In this document: positions 41,101 through 51,323 of the stretch, one piece after another
Numbering within the stretch: position 1 is the first letter of the stretch
Layout of the letters: every line of letters begins with the position of its first letter
From: Paramoeba atlantica
Taxonomy: Eukaryota; Protista; Discosea
NCBI GenBank assembly: GCA_977017575.1
Contig: CDRNVI010000036.1
Coordinates: 1 to 64,000 of the forward strand
Length of the DNA: 64,000 nt
Direction of reading: 5' to 3'
Program-made: the position numbers and the translations under genes
Notes under the pieces: generated by a model
Seen by the model: only the letters and a program-made list of their open reading frames with translations
The model's database searches: none
What the model was told of the DNA's origin: nothing

Positions 41101-43340
41101 CTTCAACCTGTCGCCATTGCTCTTCGCTGAGTCGTATGGTAACCTTCCCGCCAAGTATTGCATTGTGCTTTTGCAGGAGTTCTACTGCTTTTTGACTTTG
41201 AGAGGCGTCAGATTGCACTGTCGGCGTGGATGGTTCAACTTGGGAATGTATGTTATTGGGTACTGTTGTTGGGGATTCACAACCGGTTTCGTTCCCTGGT
41301 GCATAGGGTGGCCCAAATACTTTGCAACATAGGTGTGCGCACTCAAGTTTGTTTCGACACGTGTGGCGGCATGGCTGTACAGTGCGCAGTGTCGGTGCAC
41401 TACGGTTCTGTTGAATGCGACTCGGTGATGCTTCTCTGCGTGAAATACGTTCGTAACTGACTTCTTCCGCTTCCTCCAGTCTTCGATGTACTGTAATGCG
41501 TAGATGTCTGAGATGTGGTATATCCATTCCGTTAAGCGCCTTCATGACTGCACGGCCTAGTGCTCCCGCTGTTGCATACTTCTCGTTGAGTTTAAGTGTA
41601 TTATCTTGGAGAAGGGATGTCCAACTGGCATGCCGACTGATGTGTTGACTATTTTGCTCTTCGATATGTATGTAGTCGCATCCGCGGTGGTCCATGAGTT
41701 CTTCAGTTGTGGAAGGCTCGACAACCAAGTCATGAGAATTGCTTTTACCAGATAACATTTTCGAGAGTGCCGCTTGTGCTGCTTGGAGAGAAGTTATTCT
41801 AGCCCGGACGAGAGGAGATTCGCTGGCACTTCGAATATCTGGAAAGTATGTCCAGATCAGGTTTGCTACTGTTCGCACTTTCACGGGGCGGGCTCTGCTC
41901 TGGACAAAGTGAAGGTATTGCTTTTGCCGTGGTTCATGTTTTGTGTCAGGTGGTGCGGATTCGTCCCGGTTCTGTGTCGCGCTGCTTTGAAATACCCAGC
42001 CAGGGACTTCATCGTTTTCTCCTTCCTGTTCCCTGGGACAAGGCATGATTAATTCTTGCTTTTCCGTCAGCTTTTCCACCTCGTACATCTCATTGTGGTT
42101 AAGCGTGACTGTTGGGTTTGCTGGTAAATAGGGATTGCTTTCTTTCTCGACTGCAGTCGTGAATGGCTGGGATGATGTGCATAGTTTCGTGGGGCTTGTG
42201 GTTGCGGGTTCTGGTTTTCCGTCATTTTGTGGCATAGTGTCTATTTGTATATAGAAAAGCCTGATATACCAGAGAATTATTCGTTGTGCAAGTTTCATGA
42301 TGTCAAGAGCGGTCATGCTCAGTGGTTGCTTTTTCAACCGTGCGACGTTTGAACAAAATTTCTCGTGCATTATTCGTATCCGGGGCAGTAAAAGCAGAGG
42401 CGATGGGAAAATGTCATACGTTTTTCTGCAAGAAGAAGTAATGAACCTGATGGTACTACCTATGCACACATATACCATGTTCATACATTGGACAATGTGT
42501 AATGGGTTTGCTGCTTCAGAAAGCCAACCAGTTAATAGGGACAATAGGGTTTGAGTGTTCCTTGTGATGACTAGTAGTACGTGACCAAAGGGTCCATTGT
42601 TTGTTGGCACCACATTTATGACTTTCTTCTGGGAGTGTCGTATATGACGTTTGCAACAAGGGTGTTTGCAGGTGACTTTGTTCAGACAGATGTGCCTACA
42701 CGGTTTTGTCGTGATACTTTGTGTGCCAACATTTCGACGGAAAGGATTGAGGGCGTTGGGTGACGGGATTGCGCGGATGGGTGCTACTAGGAGGTGAACG
42801 GCGAGGCTAGATATCCATCTGAAGACGCTAGATATGATGATGCCAATATTCCGCATGTTGTAGAGAGTTCTGAATACTAGTATAATTGATCGGGCCATGG
42901 CAAGCGGGGAGACTTCAAAATTCCTTCGTTTCTTTGACATAACGGTATGTGATGTTACGGTGTCGCTATCCGTTATACTTTGCGCAGTTAAGTGACGCTT
43001 GCAGCACAAGTGTAAGCATTCACGTTTATTCAGACACTTGTGCTTACAGGGTTCCGCTGGGGACGATGCGGTGGTATTCGCCGAATTGCCAGTCACATGC
43101 TCGGTTTGCGTGACGTTTAGCAGATTGTCGGGAGTACTTCCGTTCTCGTTGGAAGAGGCGTCAGGAAGGGTGGGAGTTGCGCTTTGCTTGCGAACGCCGC
43201 GTGGTCCTCGTGTAAGGTCCTGCGGCGCATTCGAGTGGGATCGTTGCGCGCGGTGTCGCGCCATGTAGATTTAAACGATAAAGAAATAAAGCAACAAGGT
43301 ACAGAAACAACAAGGTACAGAAACTGTATCTTTATCGTTT
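38148..43340 (-). mobile_element. Non-LTR retrotransposon, RT + CCHC + restriction-like endonuclease (HERO/NeSL-like), ~5.2 kb, probably inactive copy
   Basis: RT motifs NWRPISL, QKGFLP, NAFGSIPH, GVLQGDTLSP, YADD; CPIC..HVLSSC; GRYTLRHD, LRPDG, IELTVPWE, RKSEKY. Single ORF broken by frameshifts near 39100 and 38770. Confidence 0.95.
43292..43340 (-). other. Spliced-leader-like exon (43308-43340) plus a truncated relic SL (43292-43307) at the 5' end of the retroelement
   Basis: AAACGATAAAGATACAGTTTCTGTACCTTGTTG + TTTCTGTACCTTGTTG. Contains the conserved kinetoplastid SL core CAGTTTCTGTAC and ends in TTG; no GT intron follows. Confidence 0.8.
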
Positions 43341-43680
43341 GAAGAATACGGAGAGTGTCCGGCAGGTGTGCTAAATCAATTTCACCTGTAAAAGAGTTCT
43401 CCGGTGCAATAAAAACAACCAGTTCTTGCTGTAAGTTATCAAGGGGAAGCTCGCTCGTCAGCCCGTTTATCGTCAGGTCCAACTTTCGTACTGTACTGGG
43501 CAACCAGTCCCATTGGACTGATCCATGAAGCTCCATATTTTCCCAAAAGATTTCTGTAATGTCGCCACCGTCCTCGCAAGTGACTCCTTTCCAATCACAG
43601 ATGGGTACCGATGCATTCCATGTGGTATGTGGATTCTCAATGGATTCTACGAATCGAATCAGAAAAAATTCCGATGGCAA
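43341..43680 (-). pseudogene. 5' half of the LRR gene interrupted by the retrotransposon
   Basis: HTTWNASVPICDWKGVTC cap; the LRRs stop at LPDTLRIL(Q). Confidence 0.85.
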
Positions 43681-44189
43681 GTTGGCTCCTCGTACTAGTA
43701 GGACACATACATGTATACGTATCCTCGAAAAAGAGGAAAGTTTCGAAAAAAAGTGGAAATTTTGACCTTCGCAGATTCCAGGAGTTTATACGTCATACAT
43801 GGCAATGGGTCAAAAAAACCAAAAATAATTAAATGTCAACAATAACCGATTGCCAGCAATAGGTGTTTTTATTAGTTTGCCAACAATAGATGATTGCCAA
43901 CAATAGACGTACCCCCCCTTTACTTATACTTTATTTCTTGATTTTTGAGTGACCTACCAAAACAAGACATTATACAATGAAAAAAATTAAAAATCCTACA
44001 ATATATTTCTTATCGTCATGCAAAATATGCGTGAGACATGGTTTGTTGAGGTTTAGTAAAAGAGCATACTACAGGCTTAGCCTGTAGTATCAGTGCGTAG
44101 CCTGGCTATAGCAATGCCGCAACCGCGATACACAGCAGTACAGTCGAACCATCACATGTAATGCGAGAAAATCAACGTTAGATGAGGAA

Positions 44190-45044
44190 CTAAAGTTCGA
44201 TGTTACTTTTACGTAATTCTCGAAAAGTTTCATTTGACGCGCTTGGAGTATGCGTTGAGGTGTTCGGTTTCGCCTCTAATTGAAAATTCCACTCGTCCCT
44301 GTGATTCATTGCATTTGAAGTTCTATTTGCACCTGAAATACGCATGTTGAAAGTAACGTGAAACTGTGCGAACAGTGCGGTAATAATTTCACTCTTAATC
44401 ACATGTTTATGCAACCAAAAACAAAGTTGCATGATTCCTACGTATGCACCCCACACTACGTAATACATTGAGCGGTACAAACGGAGACGAGAGAGCCACA
44501 CATGGGCACACACCATCACAAACAGGAAAATGCTGTACCTTAACAATAGAGCATCGCTCCTCCACACACGCTGCAGTCCCCGGAGTGCTTGCTGGGTATG
44601 TCGGGCGGTTGCATCATACACGCCGTAGCTGTGGTGCACGCCTCGAATGAGGTCGCCACCCTCTTCGAGCGTTCGAAGACTGGTCTCCGCACGCGCGACT
44701 TCTCTCTCGATCACTCGCTGAGCTTCGTGCGAGAATGCAGAGGGTGTCGTTCTGTCATCCACCGCATGGCTTTCGGATTTTTTCGATGAGAGCTTTAACA
44801 ATTCTTCTCTTTTGTATTTCGACAACAAGGCGTTTGACTTCCGATACAAGGGTCGTAAGAGGTGAAGAAAAACATCCCTTTGCATGCTATCATAGCTGTT
44901 TAATTCGTCCAAGAGCTCCAAATATTTTTTCTGACACACGATTAAGTCCCTAAAATTTGTTTCTTCAGGAGAGAATTCTTGCAGGCATGTAGCATATCTC
45001 TCCTTCAATGCATTCATATCTTTAGAACAAGAGTAGGGAATCAC
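44190..45044 (-). CDS. Sec20/BNIP1-like ER SNARE
   Basis: SLRTLEEGG...coiled coil...RSDALLLRYSIFLFVMVCAHVWLSRL TM. Confidence 0.6.
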   Translation of the reverse strand: MIPYSCSKDMNALKERYATCLQEFSPEETNFRDLIVCQKKYLELLDELNSYDSMQRDVFLHLLRPLYRKSNALLSKYKREELLKLSSKKSESHAVDDRTTPSAFSHEAQRVIEREVARAETSLRTLEEGGDLIRGVHHSYGVYDATARHTQQALRGLQRVWRSDALLLRYSIFLFVMVCAHVWLSRLRLYRSMYYVVWGAYVGIMQLCFWLHKHVIKSEIITALFAQFHVTFNMRISGANRTSNAMNHRDEWNFQLEAKPNTSTHTPSASNETFRELRKSNIEL

Positions 45045-45223
45045 TTAAGATGCTCAGATTATTAACTTTGAACAGCTAACTCTTACTTTGAATACAGTTA
45101 CATGTACGAATAAGATGAGAACGTAGTCGCAATCCTACAGTTAGTGGAAACATCAGCGAAGAAGACATTCAACAGAACTTGTGCTCCGTTCAAAGTCGTA
45201 GTCTACTCAAACTTGCACTCTAA

Positions 45224-46300
45224 TCAAAATTGTGCTCTATTCCCCGAGAAATTTCTTGTGGCATTACTCTTCGCCTTCCATTCTTCAAACTCTTCAGGAG
45301 TAATGCTTGCTTTCCTTGTCGACAAAAGGCGGGTGAGAAGCTGAGGGTTTGCGCGCTGCATAGCGCGGTACATGCGCCTCATTTCCTTCCGAGAACGCCC
45401 GGGGAACATGTAATTAATTATCGAGAAATCCATTCCGAATTGCTGAATGCAGTCGATGTACCGTCGCTTCTCGTCCAGCGTCCAGGGCTCTGGTCTTGAT
45501 TTTGTTGTCATCGAAAACATCCACGCTGGTGGACGAGTCTCATTCTCGTCGTCTTCCCCCTCAACATCTTCAACGACCGGGTTTTCGGATATCGCGTCCT
45601 CTAGGCTAAATGTATTTTCATCCGGCACAGTTTCATTAGCCCACACCACAGCCTTTTTCGAACTCTCCAGGGCTACTGCCTCGGACTCACACACATGCGA
45701 GAGTGTTCGTTTCATCCAATCTGTACGTGCCGATCGACGTTGCTCTTTATGTTCCTGTAAAATACTGCGGACGCAGGTGAGATAAGAGGGTGAATTCTCT
45801 TTATCGATTCCGGAGTCAGGGGTGTTGGGCGGGAAGGTACGATCCGGGATACGCGAAAGCGTAACATTGGGTAACGTTCGGGCAGTTTTCCGTGCCATTT
45901 CCGAACCTGAGGATGTAGTCGTCATTTCGTTTAAAGGTCCCGAAACGCCTGTGGCACGAGGAGTCACAAGGTCCTCATCCCTTAAGGAGGTGACGTCTAG
46001 TAATTCTTCTTCTTCGACGCTCATTTTCCTGTTTTTCTGAGTCTTCTCTCTCTTCGCAATGTCTCGCTTTCGTGTTTTCGTGGGGTTTGATGATTTTTGA
46101 ATAGATGCTTCCTCCGGCGCAAGCTGAGCAGCTCCAAGCCTTACTTTTGCCATCGCAAGTAGAGAGAGATCCTCGGAAGTAGAGGGCGAAGCCTCGTCAT
46201 CTGAACTCACATGGGTCTCAGAACAGAGAACAGAATCAAGGGGAGTAGCATCCTCCAACCAATCTAAATCAGAAAGCTCTTCGTCCATCATGTTTATCAA
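45224..46300 (-). CDS. BDP1: TFIIIB subunit Bdp1 (SANT/Myb domain)
   Basis: PWTLDEKRRYIDCIQQFGMDFSIINYMFPGRSRKEMRRMY..ANP. Confidence 0.8.
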   Translation of the reverse strand: MINMMDEELSDLDWLEDATPLDSVLCSETHVSSDDEASPSTSEDLSLLAMAKVRLGAAQLAPEEASIQKSSNPTKTRKRDIAKREKTQKNRKMSVEEEELLDVTSLRDEDLVTPRATGVSGPLNEMTTTSSGSEMARKTARTLPNVTLSRIPDRTFPPNTPDSGIDKENSPSYLTCVRSILQEHKEQRRSARTDWMKRTLSHVCESEAVALESSKKAVVWANETVPDENTFSLEDAISENPVVEDVEGEDDENETRPPAWMFSMTTKSRPEPWTLDEKRRYIDCIQQFGMDFSIINYMFPGRSRKEMRRMYRAMQRANPQLLTRLLSTRKASITPEEFEEWKAKSNATRNFSGNRAQF

Positions 46301-46675
46301 AGAAATACAGTAATTTAGATTGATTTCGAACTACATACAGTATGCGATTTCTGTGTACACGTAACGAATATATTGAACCGATAGCAAATTTTACAGAAAA
46401 CTTGAACTTGAATGTGAAGATTTTAATTCGAATACCACCATGAAGCCGGATATAACCTCCAGATAAATGACTTGGGACACTAATCCTACCGATCTTCGAA
46501 CGAAGTGCAAAACGTTTGAAATCGACACCGTAACACGGGGAGAATAAACAGAGCTCGAAAGAACTTTTCTGCACCTTGAGAGCCACATAGTACGTACCAT
46601 ATGACGTGGTGAAATGTCGTGTAATATCGTTATTGTGGCGTACTTAAAGTTGTGTCCTTAAAAACGTCCGTATTT

Positions 46676-47185
46676 CTACGCAACGACTTCCTCCTCCCCA
46701 CCCTCCGAAGCGGCTATCATCTCATCCTCATACGTATCACTGGAGCCTGCAACACTCTCACTGTCGCTTCCCTCATCCTGGGTCAGCAGTCGCATGGCGT
46801 AGAGCCCGGGAGTCGCGCACTGCTGCTGCAACCCCACACTGGAGGCCACCCAGGACCCCTTTGGGTTCATCAGTGCAAGTGTTCCATCAAAGTGTGAGGT
46901 AACACGTCGCTCCAGCATACGTGTATTATAACCCCGGGTGATACCAACAGTTCCTTCCCGTAGATTACAGTTCATGCATCCCTGACGCCGAAAGCTCTCG
47001 AGGGGGAGGATCAGACGACACTCACGACAAGCCCGGAGCTTTTGAGGGTCCACAGAGGGAAACACCAGTCGGTAGGTGTCCTGGGAAATGGGTTGCATGT
47101 ATTTTGAAGAAAAAAAGGAAACGTGTGCTTTTTTACTCCCTACGAGGCTTGAAATACATTGAAATACACCAAACTTGAAATACAA
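46676..47185 (-). CDS. SPT4: Transcription elongation factor Spt4
   Basis: LRACRECRLI..FRRQGCMNC, TSHFDGTLALMNPKGSWVA, PGLYAM; the start may be internal. Confidence 0.88.
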   Translation of the reverse strand: MYFKFGVFQCISSLVGSKKAHVSFFSSKYMQPISQDTYRLVFPSVDPQKLRACRECRLILPLESFRRQGCMNCNLREGTVGITRGYNTRMLERRVTSHFDGTLALMNPKGSWVASSVGLQQQCATPGLYAMRLLTQDEGSDSESVAGSSDTYEDEMIAASEGGEEEVVA

Positions 47186-47375
47186 ATGTATTGATAAAAG
47201 GATTCATTGATCAAAAAATGGTAAAATGTTCCCAAACGAATAAAAATTTGAGGGAAAAACCGTACAACACCATGATCTCTACAATATAAGCGAAAAAACA
47301 CTACAAACCATGCTCTCTTCACTTTTCAAACCCCCGCATTTCCTCTCTTCCGCCACCCCACCCCCATCACACCCC

Positions 47376-48047
47376 CTAACCTCCCTCCACCCTGTGCCTC
47401 TTAAACTCCTCCGACACCACCGCCTCCGTCGCCCACCCCCCCTCCCCCCGCATCCCCTCCACCACCCTCCCGACCGCGTCCCCCGACCCCACCCACACCC
47501 GCACCACATCCACCCGCCGCCGCACCGACACCCCCACCCCGCACACCTCCCCGGGGCGCGCCCCGAGCCCGTGCCGCAGGAACCCCACCAGCGCGGCCTC
47601 CCACGCGCGGTCGGTGTGCCCCTTGGCCACGCGCCACACGTACTCCCCCCCGCGGCGGTTGCGCTCGTGCTCCCACGTCGGCGGGACGTGCTGGGCGAAC
47701 ACGAAGCGGTCGGTGCCGCAGGGGAGGCGGGAGGGGGGGAGCAGCCGGGGGTGGAGGGACCAGAACTGCTCGACGGTGTGGAGGTCGAGCAGGGGGTGGA
47801 GGTGGTGGAGGAAGTCGTGGGAGGAGGGGGGGGGAGAGGATGAGGAGATAGGGGAGGGGGTGTTGGGGGGTACGAGCGGGGGTCGGTGGTGGTGCCAGAG
47901 GGTACAGGGGAAGGGGAGGGGGTGTTGGAGGGGGAGAGGGGGGAGGGGGGAGAGGGAGGGAGGGGGGTGGGGGGAGGGGGGCTGGGGTGGTGGGGGTTGT
48001 GGTTGTGTTGGGTTTGTTGGGGAGGGGGGAGGGGGGGAGAGGGTCAT
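47376..48047 (-). CDS. eIF4E-family cap-binding protein
   Basis: HPL..TLW, TVEQFWSL, PTWE..NRRGG, VCGVGVSVR..VVRVW; very GC-rich. Confidence 0.85.
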   Translation of the reverse strand: MTLSPPPPSPTNPTQPQPPPPQPPSPHPPPSLSPLPPLPLQHPLPFPCTLWHHHRPPLVPPNTPSPISSSSPPPSSHDFLHHLHPLLDLHTVEQFWSLHPRLLPPSRLPCGTDRFVFAQHVPPTWEHERNRRGGEYVWRVAKGHTDRAWEAALVGFLRHGLGARPGEVCGVGVSVRRRVDVVRVWVGSGDAVGRVVEGMRGEGGWATEAVVSEEFKRHRVEGG

Positions 48048-48851
48048 GGGAAAGGGGAGGGAGACAGAGAGAGAAAGGGAAAGATAGGGTGAAAAAAAGG
48101 AGCGAAGTTTATAGGGAAGAGTATAGGATTCTAAACGGTTTAAAACGTAGTCAGCTACCGTGTTACGAGGTGAAAAGTTTCAGGTAGATAGTAAAGATGA
48201 AAAATATGTATCACATCAAGTATACTTTGTTTATTAAAATCAGTCATTGGTAGCCGATGGACTCAATGATACGTCATATGTGTATGTGTAACACATTAGA
48301 CTCGTCTTCTTAGTTTGTCCAATTCATCATAAAGATTGATATTTGAATTTAGGCATAAATACTTTACCGTGCAAAGCGATATACTGTGCCCCCCACTTAT
48401 AGTGCCGCAGGTTTTAGTCAAATGGCCCTATGTAATGTACCATGTAAGTATGTACCGTGTAAGTGGGTGGTACCAAAAATTCAAAAAATAATTCATCGAA
48501 AATCTTTACTGTTACGAAAGAAAACTAAATGGTAAAAACTAAATGGTAAATGATAAAAAACCGAACGGTAAAAAATCAATAGTAAAGCCAAAAATCAGCC
48601 AAACTTGACAGGTTTCTACCATCTACAGTAGGGTAAGTAGGGGGGGTTGAGCTACGACGAATGCGTGGAGGGTAGCAGGAAACAAATATTTTCTATTTTA
48701 GTTGTTTCGTGAAACGTGTTTGCTTGACGTTGAAGGTTTTGTTACTGCGCTGAAAGTTTTGTTACTGCTTAAAAAGCACCGCTAATGAGGGGGGTTACCG
48801 AGGCAACGGTGGGATAGGGGGGTAGTGTTTAAAAAATGGATTGTTTTTTAA

Positions 48852-49580
48852 TTTTCTTTTTTAGGCTCTTCGTTAAACGCGGTGGTTGTTTTCAACTTAG
48901 AAGTCACTCATGCTGCGCGCTTCGCGTTGAAAACTACCTCCGCGTTTAACGAAGAGTCTAAAAAAGAAAAATCGCGAAAAGATCATGAATAGTCTACTTT
49001 TTTGGGTGAAAACGCTGGATTTTTCGGCAAAAATTACGAAATTTCAACCCGAATTTGGGCCGTTTTTGATGCGTTACCAGTAGGGGCAGGAGGCGAATCT
49101 GACGAAAAAAACGTCGTAGAATGGTAGCTGAGGTCCAAACCTCTTAAAATGCGTTTTAGGAGTCGATTTTGGAAAAATATTATTTTGGCTTTTTTTCGGG
49201 TTAATTTTTTTTTTTTTTGGTCACCCCAAAAATTTCGGAATTTTTGACCATGTCGGACCCCTCCTGCGCATACCAGGGGGGGGTACCCCCAGGGGGGGGG
49301 GTGGAAAATTATCGCCGCGGCCTACTCTACCACTTCCCTGCGCTTGGTTTCGAAAAGCAAAAAATTCGAAAAAAAATTCGCGACGTATGCCCCTCCCCTT
49401 GGACCCCCCCTAGACCCCGCATTTTTTTCAATTTTTTTTTTCAGTTTTGGACCACCGGAGCCCCCTTTTATATTTTTTTCTTCTATTATATTACTGTGTT
49501 TCTCTTTATATTTTCACTGTTTTTGTTCACTTTTTTTGCAATAATCGAGGGTAGAGCGGTAGTTATACAACCACCGCAAT
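48852..49580 (+). repeat. Dispersed hairpin-headed repeat, copy 3 (most complete, ~730 bp)
   Basis: Hairpin at ~48857-48965, A/T-tract body, G/C boxes, terminal palindrome GCGGTAGTTATACAACCACCGC at ~49556-49577. Confidence 0.9.
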
Positions 49581-49812
49581 AATCAAGGGTAGAGCAGTAG
49601 TTGTGTAACCAGACAAATATTGGCTAACAAGTGATCCGAAAAGAAACTATTATTCTTGTAATGCGAGTAACGTAACAAAAACTCATGTATGTGTGTAGGG
49701 GATTCTGTCCGTGGACAATGTTCTATGTCGAATCGACATAGGAAATCAGATACAAGTAAAGTCTATAAGCCCATGGTGCGCAGAATAAACTCGTGAAAAG
49801 CAAGTGCGCCTT

Positions 49813-50670
49813 CTAGAGATGTTGTGTCACTTGCCTTTGACTTGGAGGAATATACTTCGGACGTCCTGATCCCGAAGTAGAATCATTGGACGCCAACTTT
49901 AAGTTTAATGGTAAAGCACATACATTTTCCTGGTGTTTGGTCTCGTGTTCTGCTGAAAGAGATGCCGTTTTCTTTGCATATTCGTTTTTATCAGAGCTCG
50001 CCGATTCAATTGCTCCGGTATTATTTCCTGACTGTCTCTGGCTAGGTGGCACATACTTTCCTTTAGCAGACCCCGATGGGGATACAACAGGCGCTGTGAC
50101 GTGGGTTTTTCCCTCTTGAACCCCTACAGGTGAATCATATCTCAGCTCTTCTTGGAGGGTTCGAGATAGCACGAGCTCTGTGTCAGTCCCAGAAGCGTTT
50201 CCCATCTGATTTCCCTCATTCTTTCGTATGTTCTTAGGTTTGTTTTCCCTACTTTCTGTGTCGCCCAATGCAGGCCAATTTATAGCGTCCATGCGGGCCT
50301 CAGAGGTTTGACCACCACGAGCACGAAAGAGCTTAGGACCAGAGTCGACTTGCAATGCGGATATAACATCATCCAGAGGCTCACTATCACTGGGGCTTGC
50401 ATGCTCAATTGGAGAATGTACAGCTTCCTTTTCAATAACCTGAATATCAGAAGGTTCGTCAAGGTGTATCGATACACTGGATTGTGAAAAAGACGACTCA
50501 CCTGAAAAAGCATCTCTACGGGTCACTGAATCTCCAACGCCGGCCTTGGCCTTCTTTTTATCTGTTTTGGCAAAGAGGACACTAAGCTTATTGGACATAG
50601 ATAAGTGGTGTACTCGGACTATAAAAAACAATTCCCTATGCCATGATATCCGCCAAAAAATTAGAAGCAA
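49813..50670 (-). CDS. Hypothetical low-complexity protein, possibly CDV3-like
   Basis: LFAKTDKKKAK near the start, INWPAL, two KY(V/I)PPSQR motifs. Confidence 0.45.
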   Translation of the reverse strand: MLLIFWRISWHRELFFIVRVHHLSMSNKLSVLFAKTDKKKAKAGVGDSVTRRDAFSGESSFSQSSVSIHLDEPSDIQVIEKEAVHSPIEHASPSDSEPLDDVISALQVDSGPKLFRARGGQTSEARMDAINWPALGDTESRENKPKNIRKNEGNQMGNASGTDTELVLSRTLQEELRYDSPVGVQEGKTHVTAPVVSPSGSAKGKYVPPSQRQSGNNTGAIESASSDKNEYAKKTASLSAEHETKHQENVCALPLNLKLASNDSTSGSGRPKYIPPSQRQVTQHL

Positions 50671-50919
50671 GTTTGTAGTGCCTTTTAAATGACAAGATAC
50701 AGGGGGGATCAGCTCGCTCTGGGGGGGTCTAAAAATTTTAATACATGGCCAATTTTAGAAAATAATAGCGCATTCGAGAGCTCTCACATAGCCCTCTAGT
50801 GGAATACATATCGTTTACCGTATATTTAGCAGTATCGTAAAATGGTAAGAGGGCCAAAAACGTCAATTGCAAATTTTTTAAGAAATTTCACCTTTTTGGC
50901 ATAAAATTGAGCAGACGAA

Positions 50920-51110
50920 CATAGTACCCACAGTGCCCCCCCCCTCCTTCTCCAGAACAATCCTCATTCTGTTTGGCAGACTTTTTAATGTGCGTTCAAC
51001 GAAACCAACTTCACTAAGCAGCTTATTGTACGAAGCTGTGATGGATTCTTTCAATAAAATGACCCTTTCAATAAAATGACCCTGTTTTCTCGAAATCTTC
51101 AACTAACAGC
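50920..51110 (-). pseudogene. Relic of an IS630/Tc1-mariner transposase C-terminus
   Basis: ESITASYNKL..ERTLKSLPNRMRIVLEKEGG resembles the SMPxRxxxVxxxxGG terminus; 17-bp tandem duplication at 51048-51081. Confidence 0.5.
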
Positions 51111-51323
51111 ATTCTGTGTGTCAGTTTTGTTTTTCCTGAGGGTGAGAAATGGGTCTCAGAGAACAGGAAAAATCCTCTAAGATTTAGCCTCCTCTAATCA
51201 CCTCTCGATCAAAACTTTCTCCCTCAGACTACGCTAAGATCCCATCTGTCATTGTTGAAATTTGACAACAAAATTCTTCCATTTTACTAATACGAAACAA
51301 AAATGAGTGATGGTACATTATAT

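Noticed and set aside
43292-43340. SL RNA gene
   Set aside because: No GT donor or SL intron follows the exon-like sequence; it is single-copy here and embedded in an LRR/retroelement junction.
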